64,000 nucleotides of DNA from Vicugna vicugna (taxonomy: Eukaryota): positions 2,914,001-2,978,000 of the forward strand of contig MU058000.1 in assembly GCA_013265495.1 (NCBI GenBank), given 5' to 3'. A program made the position numbers and the translations under genes. Positions 1 to 12,381 of the stretch are shown here, piece by piece. Under the pieces are notes generated by a model. The model was not told where the DNA came from, searched no databases, and was given only the letters and a program-made list of their open reading frames with translations. The first letter of the stretch is position 1. The number at the start of each line of letters is the position of its first letter.

Positions 1-199
1 ATGCTGCAACAAGACCCAACATTTTAGATTTAACTGTGAGCTTCATGATCACATAGCCAGTGTTGGTGGCCGTAGTGGTAGGCGGTAATGGCTTCCTGCC
101 CTCTTGTTTTCCTATCTGAGGTTTATGAACTGTATCTTATTTTTATTTTTTCACTTTCCTATTTATAGATGATGTTCAGAACCCTTTCCTATTTGACTT

Positions 200-1100
200 G
201 CCACTTGGTTTTACACTTTTGTGAACTGCCTGCTCTTCTCTAATGTTTTCTTGTCCTTATATTTTAGTGGCTTTTTATATGTTCTGCATATAAATATGCA
301 AATATATATTGAGCATCTAATTCCAAAATTTATTATTATTTTAGTCAAATTTATTAGATTTATTTTTGTATTTCTATGCAGTAAACTTTTCTTCTCCATC
401 ATAAAGATATTATTCTGTTTTCTTCTAATACATTTAAAGTTTTACTTTCCACATTTATTTCATTCAGTACAACTAAGATTTATGTTGTGTATGGTGTGAG
501 ATAATCAGATTATTTTCCTTTTTCATATGGAGAATCAATTGCCTCAACATCATTTAATCAATCAAAAAAATCATTTTTCCTCAATAATTCATAACATTAA
601 TTGTTAAATATTCCGACTTTTTCTATATGTGGTTCTACTTCTCATCCTTGTTCAACTAACTTATTTGTGATTTTGAGCTCCAATACACCTCTTTTAAATT
701 AGTATATATTTATAGTAAGTCTTGACAGCTGAAAGGAAAGGTCTCCTTCTCTTATTGCAATATCCTTAATTGCCTTTTTTCTCTTTTCCTGCTTTATCAT
801 TTTGTTATACAAATTTTAAGATAGGCTTTTCCAAAATTTTCAGGGAAATATGTTAATTTTTTTCTCCTGTGTTTTTCCTGTTTATGAGAAAGAGTCCATT
901 GTCTATGTTTCCTATTTTAATCTGTATTTTTTATGTTTTATTATTATTATTGTTCATGGGAATCTGGCAAAAATATATTTAACATTTTATGTATTTAAGT
1001 TCACCATATTTTTTGGTTTCTTTTTTAGTTTTTCTTTTATATCCATATTTTTGCTTTTAGAACCCATAGGATTTTCGTTCTCTTTTTTGGGGGATAATTA
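200..1100 (-). mobile_element. Highly diverged old L1 (L1M-type) fragment
   Basis: T-rich sequence with L1-antisense-like tracts (e.g. tgtgtatggtgtgagataa...tttttcatatggagaatcaattgcctcaacatcattt); boundaries approximate. Confidence 0.55.
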
Positions 1101-1124
1101 AATCTTCAATCCATCATTTATATT

Positions 1125-1545
1125 TACTTCCAGTTTTACCAAGATATATATAGTTGACATACAGCACTGTATGTTTAAGGTGTACAGAATAACAACTAGA
1201 CTTATGTACATCATGATATGATTATCACAATGACTTCAGTGAACATACATGATCTCATCTTGATATAAAATTAAAAAAATTAAAAAAATATATTTTTCCT
1301 TGTGTTAAGAATTCTTAGGATTTACTCTCTTAACTGACACATGTGACATACAGCAGGGTTAATTATATTTACCATGTTCTACATCATGTCCCTTGTACTT
1401 AATTATCTTATAACTGGAAGTTTATACATTTTGACTGCCTTTGTCCAATTCCTGCTCCCACGACTATTCACATCTGGTAACTGCAAATCTGATCTCTTTT
1501 TCTATAAGTTTGTTTGTTTTTGAAATTTAATTGACTCACAACACT
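1125..1545 (-). mobile_element. L1 3' UTR (L1MA9/L1_Art-like)
   Basis: ttccagttttaccaagatata...gttgacatacagcactgt...aggtgtacag...ataactggaagtttatacattttgac: typical antisense laurasiatherian L1 3' end. Confidence 0.8.
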
Positions 1546-1682
1546 AGTTAGAAATGCAAACCTATAGACTCCAATGCATAGTTACTGAGTCAGAATCTCT
1601 CGGGGAAGGAGGAGGGAGGAATCAGTTTTAACAGGCACCCCTGGTGATTCTTACGAATACTCAGCTTGAGAAGCCCTGCTCT
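1546..1682. mobile_element. MER5A-like hAT-Charlie MITE fragment
   Basis: gttagaaatgcaaa...actgagtcagaatctct...ttttaacaggcacccctggtgattctt...ttgagaagccctgctcta. Confidence 0.75.
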
Positions 1683-2829
1683 AAGACATTTGGTGAGAGT
1701 TGAAAATAAGTAGAGCAATAAATACATAGGCTACGGAGAATAACAGAAAGTTGCAGAGGGTGATGGGGTTTTTCTTTGTAGATAGAAGCCACAGCTGGAT
1801 ACATTTCTTGTTGTGCTGAAATATATTTTGGTCAAATTGAAACAAAAGTGAATGGTGGTGATCGTCCACTTTGTGTTACTCTTTTTCTTTCCTTTGCCGT
1901 AACAGTGGTGGCATTAGAATTCAGTCTCTGTCTGACTCCAGAAGAACCAACAAAGGTGAAAAAACATGCTGATAAAAACTTGCCCAACAATTCATTCTCA
2001 CAAGCTCACAGAGCACTTTCCCTCCCGGGGCACTCCGGTGGGGAATGTGTCTGCCATGAACCTGCTGAAGTTTTCTGATTCCCAAGTGTATGAAAGCCGA
2101 TTTTTCTTTATGACGCCCAAGATCATACTACATGCTGTACTACACTGCTAATTCTCCAGCGCCTACACAGGATCCTGCAAAGGAAAAGCCCTACTGTTAC
2201 AGCAACACTCACTCTCCTATTATACAAGGGAAACATGCTTCACACAAGTCTTTCCCTTGGCACTTATAATATAATCTTTACTGTACCCATGGCCATACTA
2301 AAAAAAGCAATGGAGAGAGAAGAGAATCGACCAGGAAAACACACCAGGAGCAAAATAAAAAAGATAATGTCTTCCTCAAGGCAAAGGAATGGGATTCTCC
2401 AAGCAAACATGTTCAGCACAGTGAAACCAAATAGAAGACCAACAGTCATGCTACTCAACATCTTTTAGCATGTTTCTTACAGAATCTGCTTACCTCATCA
2501 GCAATTCCATCATTTAATTTTAGCAGAAAGAGAATTCATGGCATCTGAAACTTTTAAGATAGCGGGAGCAGCAAAGCATTATTCCTATGGGAAGCTCACA
2601 ATGATTCTTCATTGAATACAGGAATGAATGAATACATGAATGGTTGACAACAGGCGCAGTTAAGCTTTCTCAATACAGAAAACAATGCAGGGATGAGACT
2701 TTGTCCCAATTATTCAAGAAGAATAACTGCTTTTATTTTCCCAGTTGATTGCTTGGGACAAAGGGGACTTGTAGAAGGAGGAAGGGTGGAGAAACAGCTT
2801 ACGTGTTCTAAGTGGGAAGATGGTGTACC

Positions 2830-2965
2830 ATCATTATAGAGAGTGCAAGTCTGGTGTCACACTAATTGTGTCCAGATCTTGGCCTTACCATTTGCTAGAC
2901 AGATGTTTTAACTGCAGTAAGTCTATGCCCTTATTTCATGGACTTTTTTGTATATTAAATAAGCT
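2830..2965 (+). mobile_element. MIR SINE fragment
   Basis: agagtgcaagtctggtgtcacac...ccagatcttggccttaccatttgctag, MIR 5' part. Confidence 0.5.
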
Positions 2966-2971
2966 AATGGG

Positions 2972-2998
2972 TATCTATCTATCTATCTATCTAACTAT
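2972..2998. repeat. (TCTA)n microsatellite
   Basis: tatctatctatctatctatcta seen directly. Confidence 0.9.
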
Positions 2999-3009
2999 AT
3001 ATAAATTTT

Positions 3010-3162
3010 TTTAAAATTAAACAACTTTATTGTGTTATAATTTCTGTACAATAAACTACATATACTTCAGATGTACAATTTGATGGATTTTGATAGACAA
3101 ATACACCTATGAAGCCACGACCACAATCAAGATAACCAACACCTCCATCACTCCCCAAGAGG
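3010..3162 (-). mobile_element. L1MB/L1MC-type 3' end
   Basis: aacaactttattgtgttataattt...tgtacaatttgatggattttga...accacaatcaagata. Confidence 0.8.
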
Positions 3163-4609
3163 TACATATACTTTGATAAGATACATTGTAAGACATCACC
3201 TAATTGATTATTAACCCATTGTTGTTATTAATATTGGCATTATTAAAGGCTTTACATTACTATGCAATTTTAGGATGATGCACTTTCTAAGAGAGATGAC
3301 AAATACTGCTTGTTTCTCCTTTACCCAATCTTCAATAGTTGACCAGAGATGAGGGGGACCTTTAAGGTAACCAGACCCCTTGCCCTGACCCCATTGCCCA
3401 CGTGACAGTAAGCGCTAAGTATTTAAGGAATTAAAACTCCAGAAAGGCTAAATCCTATGACTTTGAACAGTAATCAAGTTTTTTTTTTTTTTCCTTAAGT
3501 AATCAAAATTTTTCTCCCCTACACGCAAAAACAGGAAACAACTACTATGTTTTGGCTTAGAATAAGGGGTCAGAAAACAGAAGACATGCTCAGAGAATAC
3601 AGAATGTTCAGATTAGAGAGTAACACACATCACAAAGGGCTGCGAGTTGATTCCTGCAATGCGCCCAGAGGAGTCGTATGAAAGATAAGGCTCTGGACTG
3701 AGCAGCCACTCAGCAAAAAGGAAGGAAGAGCAGTGAAGGGAGGGAAGAAAGGGAAGAAAGCAAGAAGAAAATCAAGCAAGCAAGAAATTCTCGCCTAAAA
3801 AGTAAATAGTGCCAGGTCGTTTTCAAAGCACAGAAAAGAAGCAACCTTTCTTAAGACTATTGATTAAAATGTGGTACTTAGAAGGAATTTTTAATTAAGT
3901 GTGCAAGCAAAGGCTTAAGGGTTTTCATTTGTTTGTTTTGTTTCATTTTTGAAGAAAGGTAGTCAGGGCTCTGATACAAAGAGGTGACTTTCCCCACAGA
4001 GACAAAGACAGAGTAGGAGAGAGGAAAAGGACATCAGAAACTGAACAGGGACAACAGTAGGATGAGGAGCAGCAGTTTTAAAATACCAATTATTTCATGA
4101 GAAATAAATGTGGAGTTGTTGTCGGAACAGTTTGACACGCCTGGGTTCTGTATAAAATGAAGGCTAAGAGAGTGTGCAACAATTATCAGGTAACTCTACG
4201 GCATTCATTCCTTGATGTCAAGAAATTCATTCTCTGCCGATGTTCAGCTACGTGAACCATTCTGTACTAAAGAAATCTTCCAGACAATATAATAGGCGTT
4301 TATCTTAATAGGGTGGGTCTTGTCTGACAATTAATGACAAGTACTAGCTGACCAGAGAAGACAGAATCTGCTGTAAATAATCCTCAGATAACACTGTTTA
4401 GGCTTATTTCTGACTTTCTTCTTTTAATGACATAATATGCTCTTCTTGGAGACTTTCAACTGTTGACCAAAATTAACATGCCTTTTTCTCTGCAGACCAA
4501 CAATCTTGCTGCATAGAAATAGTTACGATATCAAGAAATGGGCTTTATGGTGCTGGGGAATATATCTTAACTATGAACTCAGGACGTACTGGGTAATTTT
4601 GGTAATAGT

Positions 4610-4800
4610 CAAACGAGCACCTAATATATTTTCTGAAATGCATTTTATGCCAAACTTAATGAATCATATGAATTGTGAGTATTGAATTCTGGCAAACATC
4701 CTATGATTGAGGAATTTTTATCATCCCTTTTTTGTTGATGAAGAAACTGAGGCAAATATAGATTAAATAAATTGCTTTGAGTTCACACCGCTACAAGAAG
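4610..4800 (-). mobile_element. MIR SINE
   Basis: MIR core in antisense: tcatccctttt...gatgaagaaactgaggca. Confidence 0.7.
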
Positions 4801-5313
4801 AAGTGCTGAGTGTCTAAAAGACACACTGAGCATATGCTGCTTAAAGGCAAATCAAAATTTGGTTCAGTGTCTAAGTTCCTAATTATTAAAAAAACTTACT
4901 TAATAGCTTTCAGAAAATGAACACATAATATAAAATAATTCCAGAACATTTATGTTTGGTATAAATCAGATTTTTCCCTTAAATATAAATTGGATTGCCA
5001 CAGTAAATTTAAAAATTTGTAAGCAACAGGTTATTCTCAGTAAAGTTTTTTAAAAAGTTAAGTATATCTTCATCTGTAAATCTAAAACAAATCAAAGAAA
5101 ATAAAGCATCATTCAGAATATTTCAACGTTAAATTTTTGTCCTTTGATCCTTCATTATAAGAATTTTTTTTTTAAGCGTAGAAAGCAGATCTACTCTTAC
5201 CCCAAATAGGTGTATTTTCCAGTCTCAGAAGAGTTCATCCTGTTTCATATATTCAAGCCAAATGAAAAGCATCACCCTTCAACTACTAAAAACCTTTACG
5301 ATGTGATTTAGGT

Positions 5314-5499
5314 TAGAGTTGCCAGATTAGGAAATACAGGACACGCAGTTAAATCTGAATGTCAGAAATTGATGAACACTCTTAGTGTAAGGATAGGCTT
5401 TGCCGTATTTGTGAGGACATATTTATGCTAAAAATTTATTTGTTGCTTATCTAAAATCCAAATTTAACAAAACATCTTATATTTTATTTGGCAGTCACA
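5314..5499. mobile_element. MER53 hAT MITE (palindromic)
   Basis: TIRs agagttgccagat...atttggcagtc; internal aaatacaggacacgcagttaaatctgaat and its inverted partner atccaaatttaac; ~190 bp. Confidence 0.85.
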
Positions 5500-6294
5500 A
5501 TATAAGTACCTAAATAAATCAAATAATTCATAAAATTTTCAAAGATAGGGATGTCAAATGTGAGTCTTCTCAAGTGGTAAAACTTGCCTTTTATAAAATG
5601 AAAAAATACAATGGGTAAACGATTTTACTGTGGATCAGCTTTCCGTGCTCAGTTTAATTAGCCCTGAAATGCTTCCTGATGAGCTTGTTTCATCTTTTGT
5701 TTGAAAAATAATTTTACTCTTTCGTTATTCCTGGATTATCATATTTAATATGGTGACACTGGGACATTTTCATTTCATGTTTACCCAAGGAGGTACTCTG
5801 ATGAATAATTAAATCTAAGATGCGTAATTTTTAGAATCGCCTTAAGATGAGTGTGTACTGACTGTGTTTTGCCTTGCTGCTCAAAGGGGGTAAGTGGAGA
5901 CATCTGCCTTCCTTCCCCAAATTCTATTAAGATAAAATGTAGAAAAGGCAAGTCAAGTCTTCATCTTGTCCCTCGCTGCAAATTCTCTTAGAAAATCCCA
6001 CGTCGATTCTTTGCAAGATTATTTACTCTAAGAGTCCAAAAGGGAAGCAACCCGAAAGACCTTATTGAACTATCAATATCTGGAACACAAAGCAAGTGAC
6101 TATGTTTCCAGAGCCACTGTCATGTGAGAAAGAGAGAAACTTACTTTATACTCTATAAATCTAAGGACAGAATGTTTTAATGCATTTTTTTGACAAGTTA
6201 CATTGAAAATAATAATAATTCAGCAGATAGAATCAGAACATAAAAACATACTTTGTATTTGTTTCAATATCCAAAATGCCTGGCTTGGGATCAT

Positions 6295-6530
6295 GCTGAT
6301 AATAATAGTGCATATATTTATTGAGTTCTTACATTATGCCAGCCTTTTCTGTGCTAATTGCTTTATAAAGTTGTCCCCGTCAACCCACCAACACCGTGAA
6401 ATAGTTGGTAATATTATTCACATTTTGTTGATTAAGATACTTGCTAAAGCCATCTACATAATATGCGGCACAGCTTGCAAAAGATCTGACCCCTGTAAAT
6501 GGGACAAGAGTCACACAATCTGCAGAATGA
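6295..6530 (-). mobile_element. MIR SINE
   Basis: ataatagtgcatatttattgag...tattattcacattttgttgattaagatacttg. Confidence 0.6.
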
Positions 6531-6721
6531 CCCTGAATTAAGCTAATACGTCTCTTTCCCATCTTTTGATTGATTAGTTCTCAATAAGAACACAAAAATA
6601 GTTTTTATCACAATATCAGAAATTGTCTGTGGAAACAAAATAGATTCTCGATGTTAAGACACATCCACCAAATCTTCTGTTCTACTTATTTGTCTTTAAA
6701 GACTCAATGTGGAATTTCTTC

Positions 6722-6865
6722 ACAGTAGTTCTCAATCTTGGTGGTTTTTGCAAACTCCTGGGAAGCTTTTGAAAATGCTGATGCCTGGATCCTCTACTGG
6801 AGATGATTTAACTAACTTGTGTTAGGACCTATGTATCAGAATTTCTTAAAGCTCCCTAATTGCTT
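6722..6865. mobile_element. MER5-family hAT-Charlie MITE
   Basis: cagtagttctcaatcttgg...cctgggaagcttttgaaaatgctgatgcctggatcc. Confidence 0.75.
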
Positions 6866-8310
6866 AAAAAAAAAAACAAAAATGAAAACAAAACAACACA
6901 GGTAGGTAAGCAAGTGACAAAACTTAACACAGCTGTTTACAGCAGTCTTTGTCTGAATAACATTCAAATTGATCCTTGAAGCTTTACTGACAAATATATC
7001 TATGCTATCCCTAAAAAACAGATGACTTTGAACAGACGTATATTCTAACGTCTCACTGGAATACAGAACTAAGAGTAGGTTTTATCAGTTCCCAGAAGAG
7101 GGTCAAAAGTAGAAAGAGGGAAGTGGTAAAATATATGGAGGTACAAATGAATTTGCTTAAAATCATAGCAACAATAATAATAACCACAACAATCATAAAA
7201 GGGCAAGACAGAGCCTCAGAGACCACCCAGCTTCTCGACATCTGAAGATAGCGATGCAGTCAGTCTGGTCCCCCATCTCCTAGCTCCAAATTCTTACAGC
7301 AATTGGCATTCTTCTGAGAAAAGCAAACATACTCATGCATAAAGCCTTTAGCCCTTGAGCTTCTCAGAAAGCAAATTAATCCACATGGTAGATTAAAAAT
7401 ATAAAGAGGAAAGTGGGGGGTGGTGACTCTTGGTGGTGGCAGGAATAGCAATTTGATGATTTAAGAATGTGTAAGTGGCTCTTGGCAATAGGGGTTGGCT
7501 GTGAGCTTTGAGCCCCTCTGGGTCTGCTGGCTGTGGGAGTCCTAATTATGAGCATAATAGATAAACTCATCATGGTCACAACAAGCTACTTAATCTGGTC
7601 CTGCTAATAACAGCCAATTAAGTTTGCATTATGAAATGATTTCTAGAATTGAAGGTAGGTGGACTTTTAATTATGGATTGTTTGAAAACGTTAAAAGATT
7701 TTGAATCAAGGGCTTGAAGTATTATCTTTGGTATGTGGTAATAGTTCTGACCTTTCCAAATTGTCTCCTGTACCTAAAATAGCAAATCAATGATAAATGG
7801 AGTCAAATTGTGGTGAAATTTGGATATAGGAGATTAATGTTTTGTGTTTATATTATTTCTTCCTCTAGACATTCCATTATTTCTGGTTAATTTTAATCAA
7901 GATACCAAATGGCTTTTTATCTCTACTTTTTTTTTTCCCCAGCATGGATTCTAACTACCTAATATTTGTTTGAATTTAAATTTAATAAATGCCTCTTCTC
8001 AACCCCTACAGCTAAGCATTTGAACTAGTGGCGTGTTAATGAAGATCTATAAAGATAAAGAGGAAAGAGGAGCATTGGAATTACAGATATTAGGTCTGCA
8101 GTGTCTAACGATGTCTGTAATGCTTTGATTTCACTGTAGCCACCTCTGGAAGTTTTAGATGAATAAATATCAAAAAACTTAAATAGTAGTGTAAGATCAC
8201 AGGGGAAGGAGCCTCAACTTCACCAGTGATCTCTTACTGTAAACACAATTTCCAACCAACAAAAGTAAAAGAACCATTGCGTTCCAAATGCACATTTCGG
8301 AATCCCTCCA

Positions 8311-8533
8311 TTTTTTTTGAAGTATGATCAGTTACAATGTATCAATTTTGGGTGTAAAGCATAATGTTTCAGTCATATATATACATGCATATATTTGTTT
8401 TCATATTCTTTTTCATTATAGATTACTACAAGATATTGAATATAGTTCCCTGTGCTCTAAAGAATAAAATTTTTTTAACTATTTTATATAAAATAGTTAA
8501 TATGTACAAATCCTGAACTCCCAATTCATCCCT
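8311..8533 (-). mobile_element. Camelid-type L1 3' end
   Basis: poly-T then gaagtatgatcagttacaatg...gcataatgtttcagtcata...tacaagatattgaatatagttccctgtgct; same family as 33721 and 42854. Confidence 0.9.
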
Positions 8534-8693
8534 TGTTTTTTTGTATGCTTGTTGGCTTTGTTCTGTTGTGATGTAAGATTCTATATTTAGATGCACATGA
8601 GGAGCAGAAAAGTATGTTTCTCTGTAGCTGTTTAATAAAAGAGCTTTTGTTGGAAGAGTAGATTTAGGTATAAATCAGTGTGTAAATCCACAG

Positions 8694-8866
8694 CAGTGGT
8701 TCTCAATCTAGCATGATCAGAATCTCCTAGAAGGTTTGTGAAAACACAGATTTCTGGGCTCCATCCCCCTAGTCTCAGATTCAGTAGGTCTGGGGAGGGG
8801 CCCCCCAGATTCACATTTTTCTAAGGATTTCCCGTGTGATGCAGCTGGCCTAGGGAACCACACTCA
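8694..8866. mobile_element. MER5A hAT-Charlie MITE
   Basis: cagtggttctcaa...atcagaatctcctagaaggtttgtgaaaacacagatttctgggc...gattcagtaggtctgggg...accacact. Confidence 0.9.
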
Positions 8867-9789
8867 ACCACAGACCCATTAGCACTAATAAAACAGCAGC
8901 AGGAAACAGCATAACATAGACAGTCCAGGCCAGTTTAGTCAGGACCTAAAGACTCGTTTGATTCACTCTGAGAATGTGATTCCATATGAAGAAAAAGCAT
9001 GTTTGTGGCTTCTTTGGCAGGGACATCATATTGTGTCACATTCCCACAAACCTGAGAATGTATAGTACCCAGCTTCTAGCCTTCTGTCTAAATTCCAGTG
9101 ACATTGACGCTTTCTGTATGCTACTTCCGCCCACTTTGCTATTATTTTTATTGTTAATATTATGAGGGACAACTAAGGTAACACCATGTTCACTCGGTTC
9201 TAGAAGTAAGTTTAAAGTTAGTTTTCATGCATCTTTTCCTAAGTTCCTAAATCCCAGGGTCACAGGGTTATGTTGGACACATCGCCTATCTCTGAAAATG
9301 GTGTTAATAACCCTGGTGTTAGGCAGAGCAAACTGCTATCACAATTCTTAAAATCACAGTTTGTGAGAAACTTCAGGTTCTTGAACAAAGTCTTTGTGAA
9401 ACTAGAGGTACAGATGGTTCATTACAGCCAGTGCCTGAAAGGAATCAGAGCAGGAAAACAGCACAGACCTTCCGTTCCTGACAGCAACGGGACTGATGGA
9501 GAAAGCTGGGACTGATGAATGAGACAAACAAGTGAACAGCATCCTTTATCTGGGGCAGGTGGGTGCCAGGGTTTTATTGGCTCATACCACTTTAAGGAGC
9601 CATCAAATTGGTTTCCCATACTTATGTGTTCCTCATAAATACAGACTTCACGTTCCCGACCAGGCCACCTCTTATTTTATCTTTGAGAAAATGTCTCTAC
9701 AGAATCAATTTTCTGCCTATGCCAGCCATGTGTACCTGGAGGGAAGACTTTGTGTATCTTGGTCCTTCTGGAGATGATAACTACAATTG

Positions 9790-9960
9790 ACGGATCACAG
9801 AGATTACATAATATTAGAGTAAGAAGAGTCTATGGGGATGGGCTGATCTAACTGTGTTATTTTACAGATGAATACACTTAGGTGGAGATGGAAAGTCACA
9901 TAGCTGCTTAGCGACACCAACGACATTGAAGTGCTGAATTGGGATTCCCTCCCTTTCTCT
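9790..9960 (-). mobile_element. MIR SINE fragment
   Basis: ttattttacagatgaa...aagtcacatagctg. Confidence 0.5.
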
Positions 9961-10083
9961 TACTCAATATAATGTCTTAAAGAATCCAGTTATTCTAAAC
10001 GATGCCTGTCAAGTCTAGCCTTATTTCAAGCTCTGGATATTAAAAATTGATCTACTTGGATATTAGAAATATGCACTGCATTG

Positions 10084-10537
10084 TGTATTAGGGTTCTGTT
10101 TCCCAGAGGAAGAGAACCAATAGGATATACAGATACAGATACATAGATATGATGTCTGTATAGCAAATCCTGCTGTCTGGCAAGTCTGAAATCTATAGAG
10201 CAAACCAGAGGCTGGAAATTCAGGGTAGAGTTGAGTTGATTTTGCATCTTGAGTCCAAAATCTGTAGGGCGAGCCAGCAGCTTGGAAACTCAGTCAGGGT
10301 TTACATATGACAATCTTGAAACAGAACTACATCTTCATTTGGAAACCTCAATTTTTACCCTTATGATCTTCAATTGACTGGATGAGACCCATCCACATTA
10401 TAGAGAATAATCATCTTTAGTTAAACAGATTGTTAATCATATTCACAAATATTTTTCACAAAACATCAAGACTAGTATTTGGCCAAACAACTGGGCACAA
10501 TACGTAGCCAAGCTGACACATAATGTTGGCTGTCACA
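10084..10537 (-). mobile_element. MLT2-family (ERVL) solo LTR
   Basis: tgtattagggttct...agaaccaataggata...gactggatgagacccatccacattat...gccaagctgacacata...tcaca; TG..CA ends; 5-bp TSD cattg/cattt (4/5). Confidence 0.9.
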
Positions 10538-11789
10538 CATTTATTTACTTGTGATTCCTAAATGTGTTTCATTCAACAGTCTGCATGCATTGAGAGAAAT
10601 TTAGAAATTTAGAAATTTATTTAGTCTATTTAGAAAGCACCAAGTGGAAAATATTTCATATTTACTTTAATACTTTAAAATATCTCATAAAAATATTGAA
10701 ATATCTCAGTATGTAGAACTACTTTGTAAACTGTAAAATGCAGCTCATCTTTCATTCATTTTTAAGTGGACTTCAAAGGATGGGGTGTTAGCCAAGCTGC
10801 TTTTCTTTCTATTAGGAAGGAATTTAGGACTTGACTTCAGATTTAAGGAGCAACTGATAATAATAAAAATAAAACCCCAAATTACTGGGCTTTATTTCCT
10901 CCATGTAAATTGTAAGAAAATTCCTCAACCCATGCTTACAGTAAGGTATGCTTAAAAATGAAAGGTTCCCAAAGTGCTTTCGGTTTTTGCACAGACTCAT
11001 AAAGGTAGAGATTATCATCGCATCTAAAATCCTTGCCTTCCCTGAATCCCATTCCCACCATGGCTCCATGACACGCCTTCTAACTCCCTCCTCTCCTACT
11101 ACTCTCTGCAGAATTCACAGCCATAAACTCTCCATAAACTCTGTGGGAATAGAAAAAAAGGGTGTAATTTAGAAATTGTGAAAAAAATAGTCCTGTCTAT
11201 TCATTGGGATCCTACTAAAATTAAAAAAAAAATTCTCTTAATTAAACTTCCTAATAATCTTGGTTGGATTACCTATGTGTACCAGTTTCTTTCTTTTAAA
11301 AGAAACTCAAAAGCACTCTTACAACATTTAGGAATAACATAGCTGCTGTTGTTCATTGCTTTAAAGATGTGAGTAAATACAACCCTTAAAAAAAAAAAGT
11401 ATATTTTACCATCCTGATATTTTCTGGGGGGAAAAGTACATGTTAAGGAATGCATGGAAGCTCTGGAAATTATAGGCATAATTTATTCTAAGGTTAATAA
11501 ATTCAATATTCGATTTTAACTTAACTAGAATTTTAAATTTTTAGTTATCCTAAATTGAGTATAGACTTGTTTTGTTTTTCTTTGTTTCTAAAGGCTGAAT
11601 AGATTCGTTTACCTGAATATTGAAATCTCACACCTCTCAGGTGTTGGCACAACTCCATTGCTTAGAAAATACTACTTATTCTTGGAAATCTACATTAAAT
11701 GTCATGACCTTGATGAGGGTACCCATGATTCTACTTATTACTAAGTCTCTTTCTACTCAATTTCCCTGACATGCTGTCCCTGGAATCCT

Positions 11790-11985
11790 AGTGTATCAGG
11801 CTTAGGCACCTGCTATGTGTCAATTATGTGCTCAATATTAAATCTTCACAAAAGTCCTAAGGAGTTGTGATAAAGATCCTCATTTTATAGATTAAGAACT
11901 GAGTATTAAATTATGTGATGGACCCAAGGCCCTGCATTGAAGTATGCAAAGACAGAATTTAAACCATCCACTTAGAGCTTGGCCA
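11790..11985 (-). mobile_element. MIR SINE
   Basis: ggcacctgctatgtgtca...atcctcattttatagattaagaactgag...cccaaggcc. Confidence 0.7.
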
Positions 11986-12128
11986 GAACTAAACAAACTG
12001 TATTGTACTTATCTTTTTATCCCAACCTCAAGTGAAGCCGATGACATATAATAATTACTTAATGAAACTTGAGTGATTGAATCAATCAATGAATGAATAG
12101 AAGAGTATTTTCTTTTCTAAACTCAAGT

Positions 12129-12381
12129 CTTTTAGAGTAAATTTGCAGAGACTATAAAGTGTTAAACCTCAAAGAGAAAAGAGCATTTAACTTTCAGTTT
12201 CCCTACGCATCCTACATCAAGAGTTTTTCTAGAGGTTAACAGCTTTTTACTTTTGACACGAGGTTAACATGTAACTATCTCCTTATTGTGAAGAATGGAA
12301 GGTTATCATGACATTTGGTGGAAAATTCAACTAAAGAATAAAATTCTGCAAAATGCAGTGGTTGGAGGAGATACCTAACAC
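12129..12381 (+). repeat. Left arm of long inverted repeat (pairs with 15418-15672)
   Basis: Hand alignment to the reverse complement of 15418-15672, about 75% identity; exact blocks aaagtgttaaacctcaaa (12156-12173 / 15627-15644) and attgtgaagaatgg (12285-12298 / 15503-15516). Confidence 0.9.

Noticed and set aside
1681..2468. Hydrophobic short ORFs suggestive of a GPCR (taste/olfactory) pseudogene
   Set aside because: No family motifs (e.g. MAYDRY, PMLNP) and no continuous frame; hydrophobicity follows from T-rich composition
2494..2544. Minus-strand 51-nt exon-like block (tttcag...GAG|gtaagc)
   Set aside because: Stops in all three frames, weak pyrimidine tract and no supported partner exons
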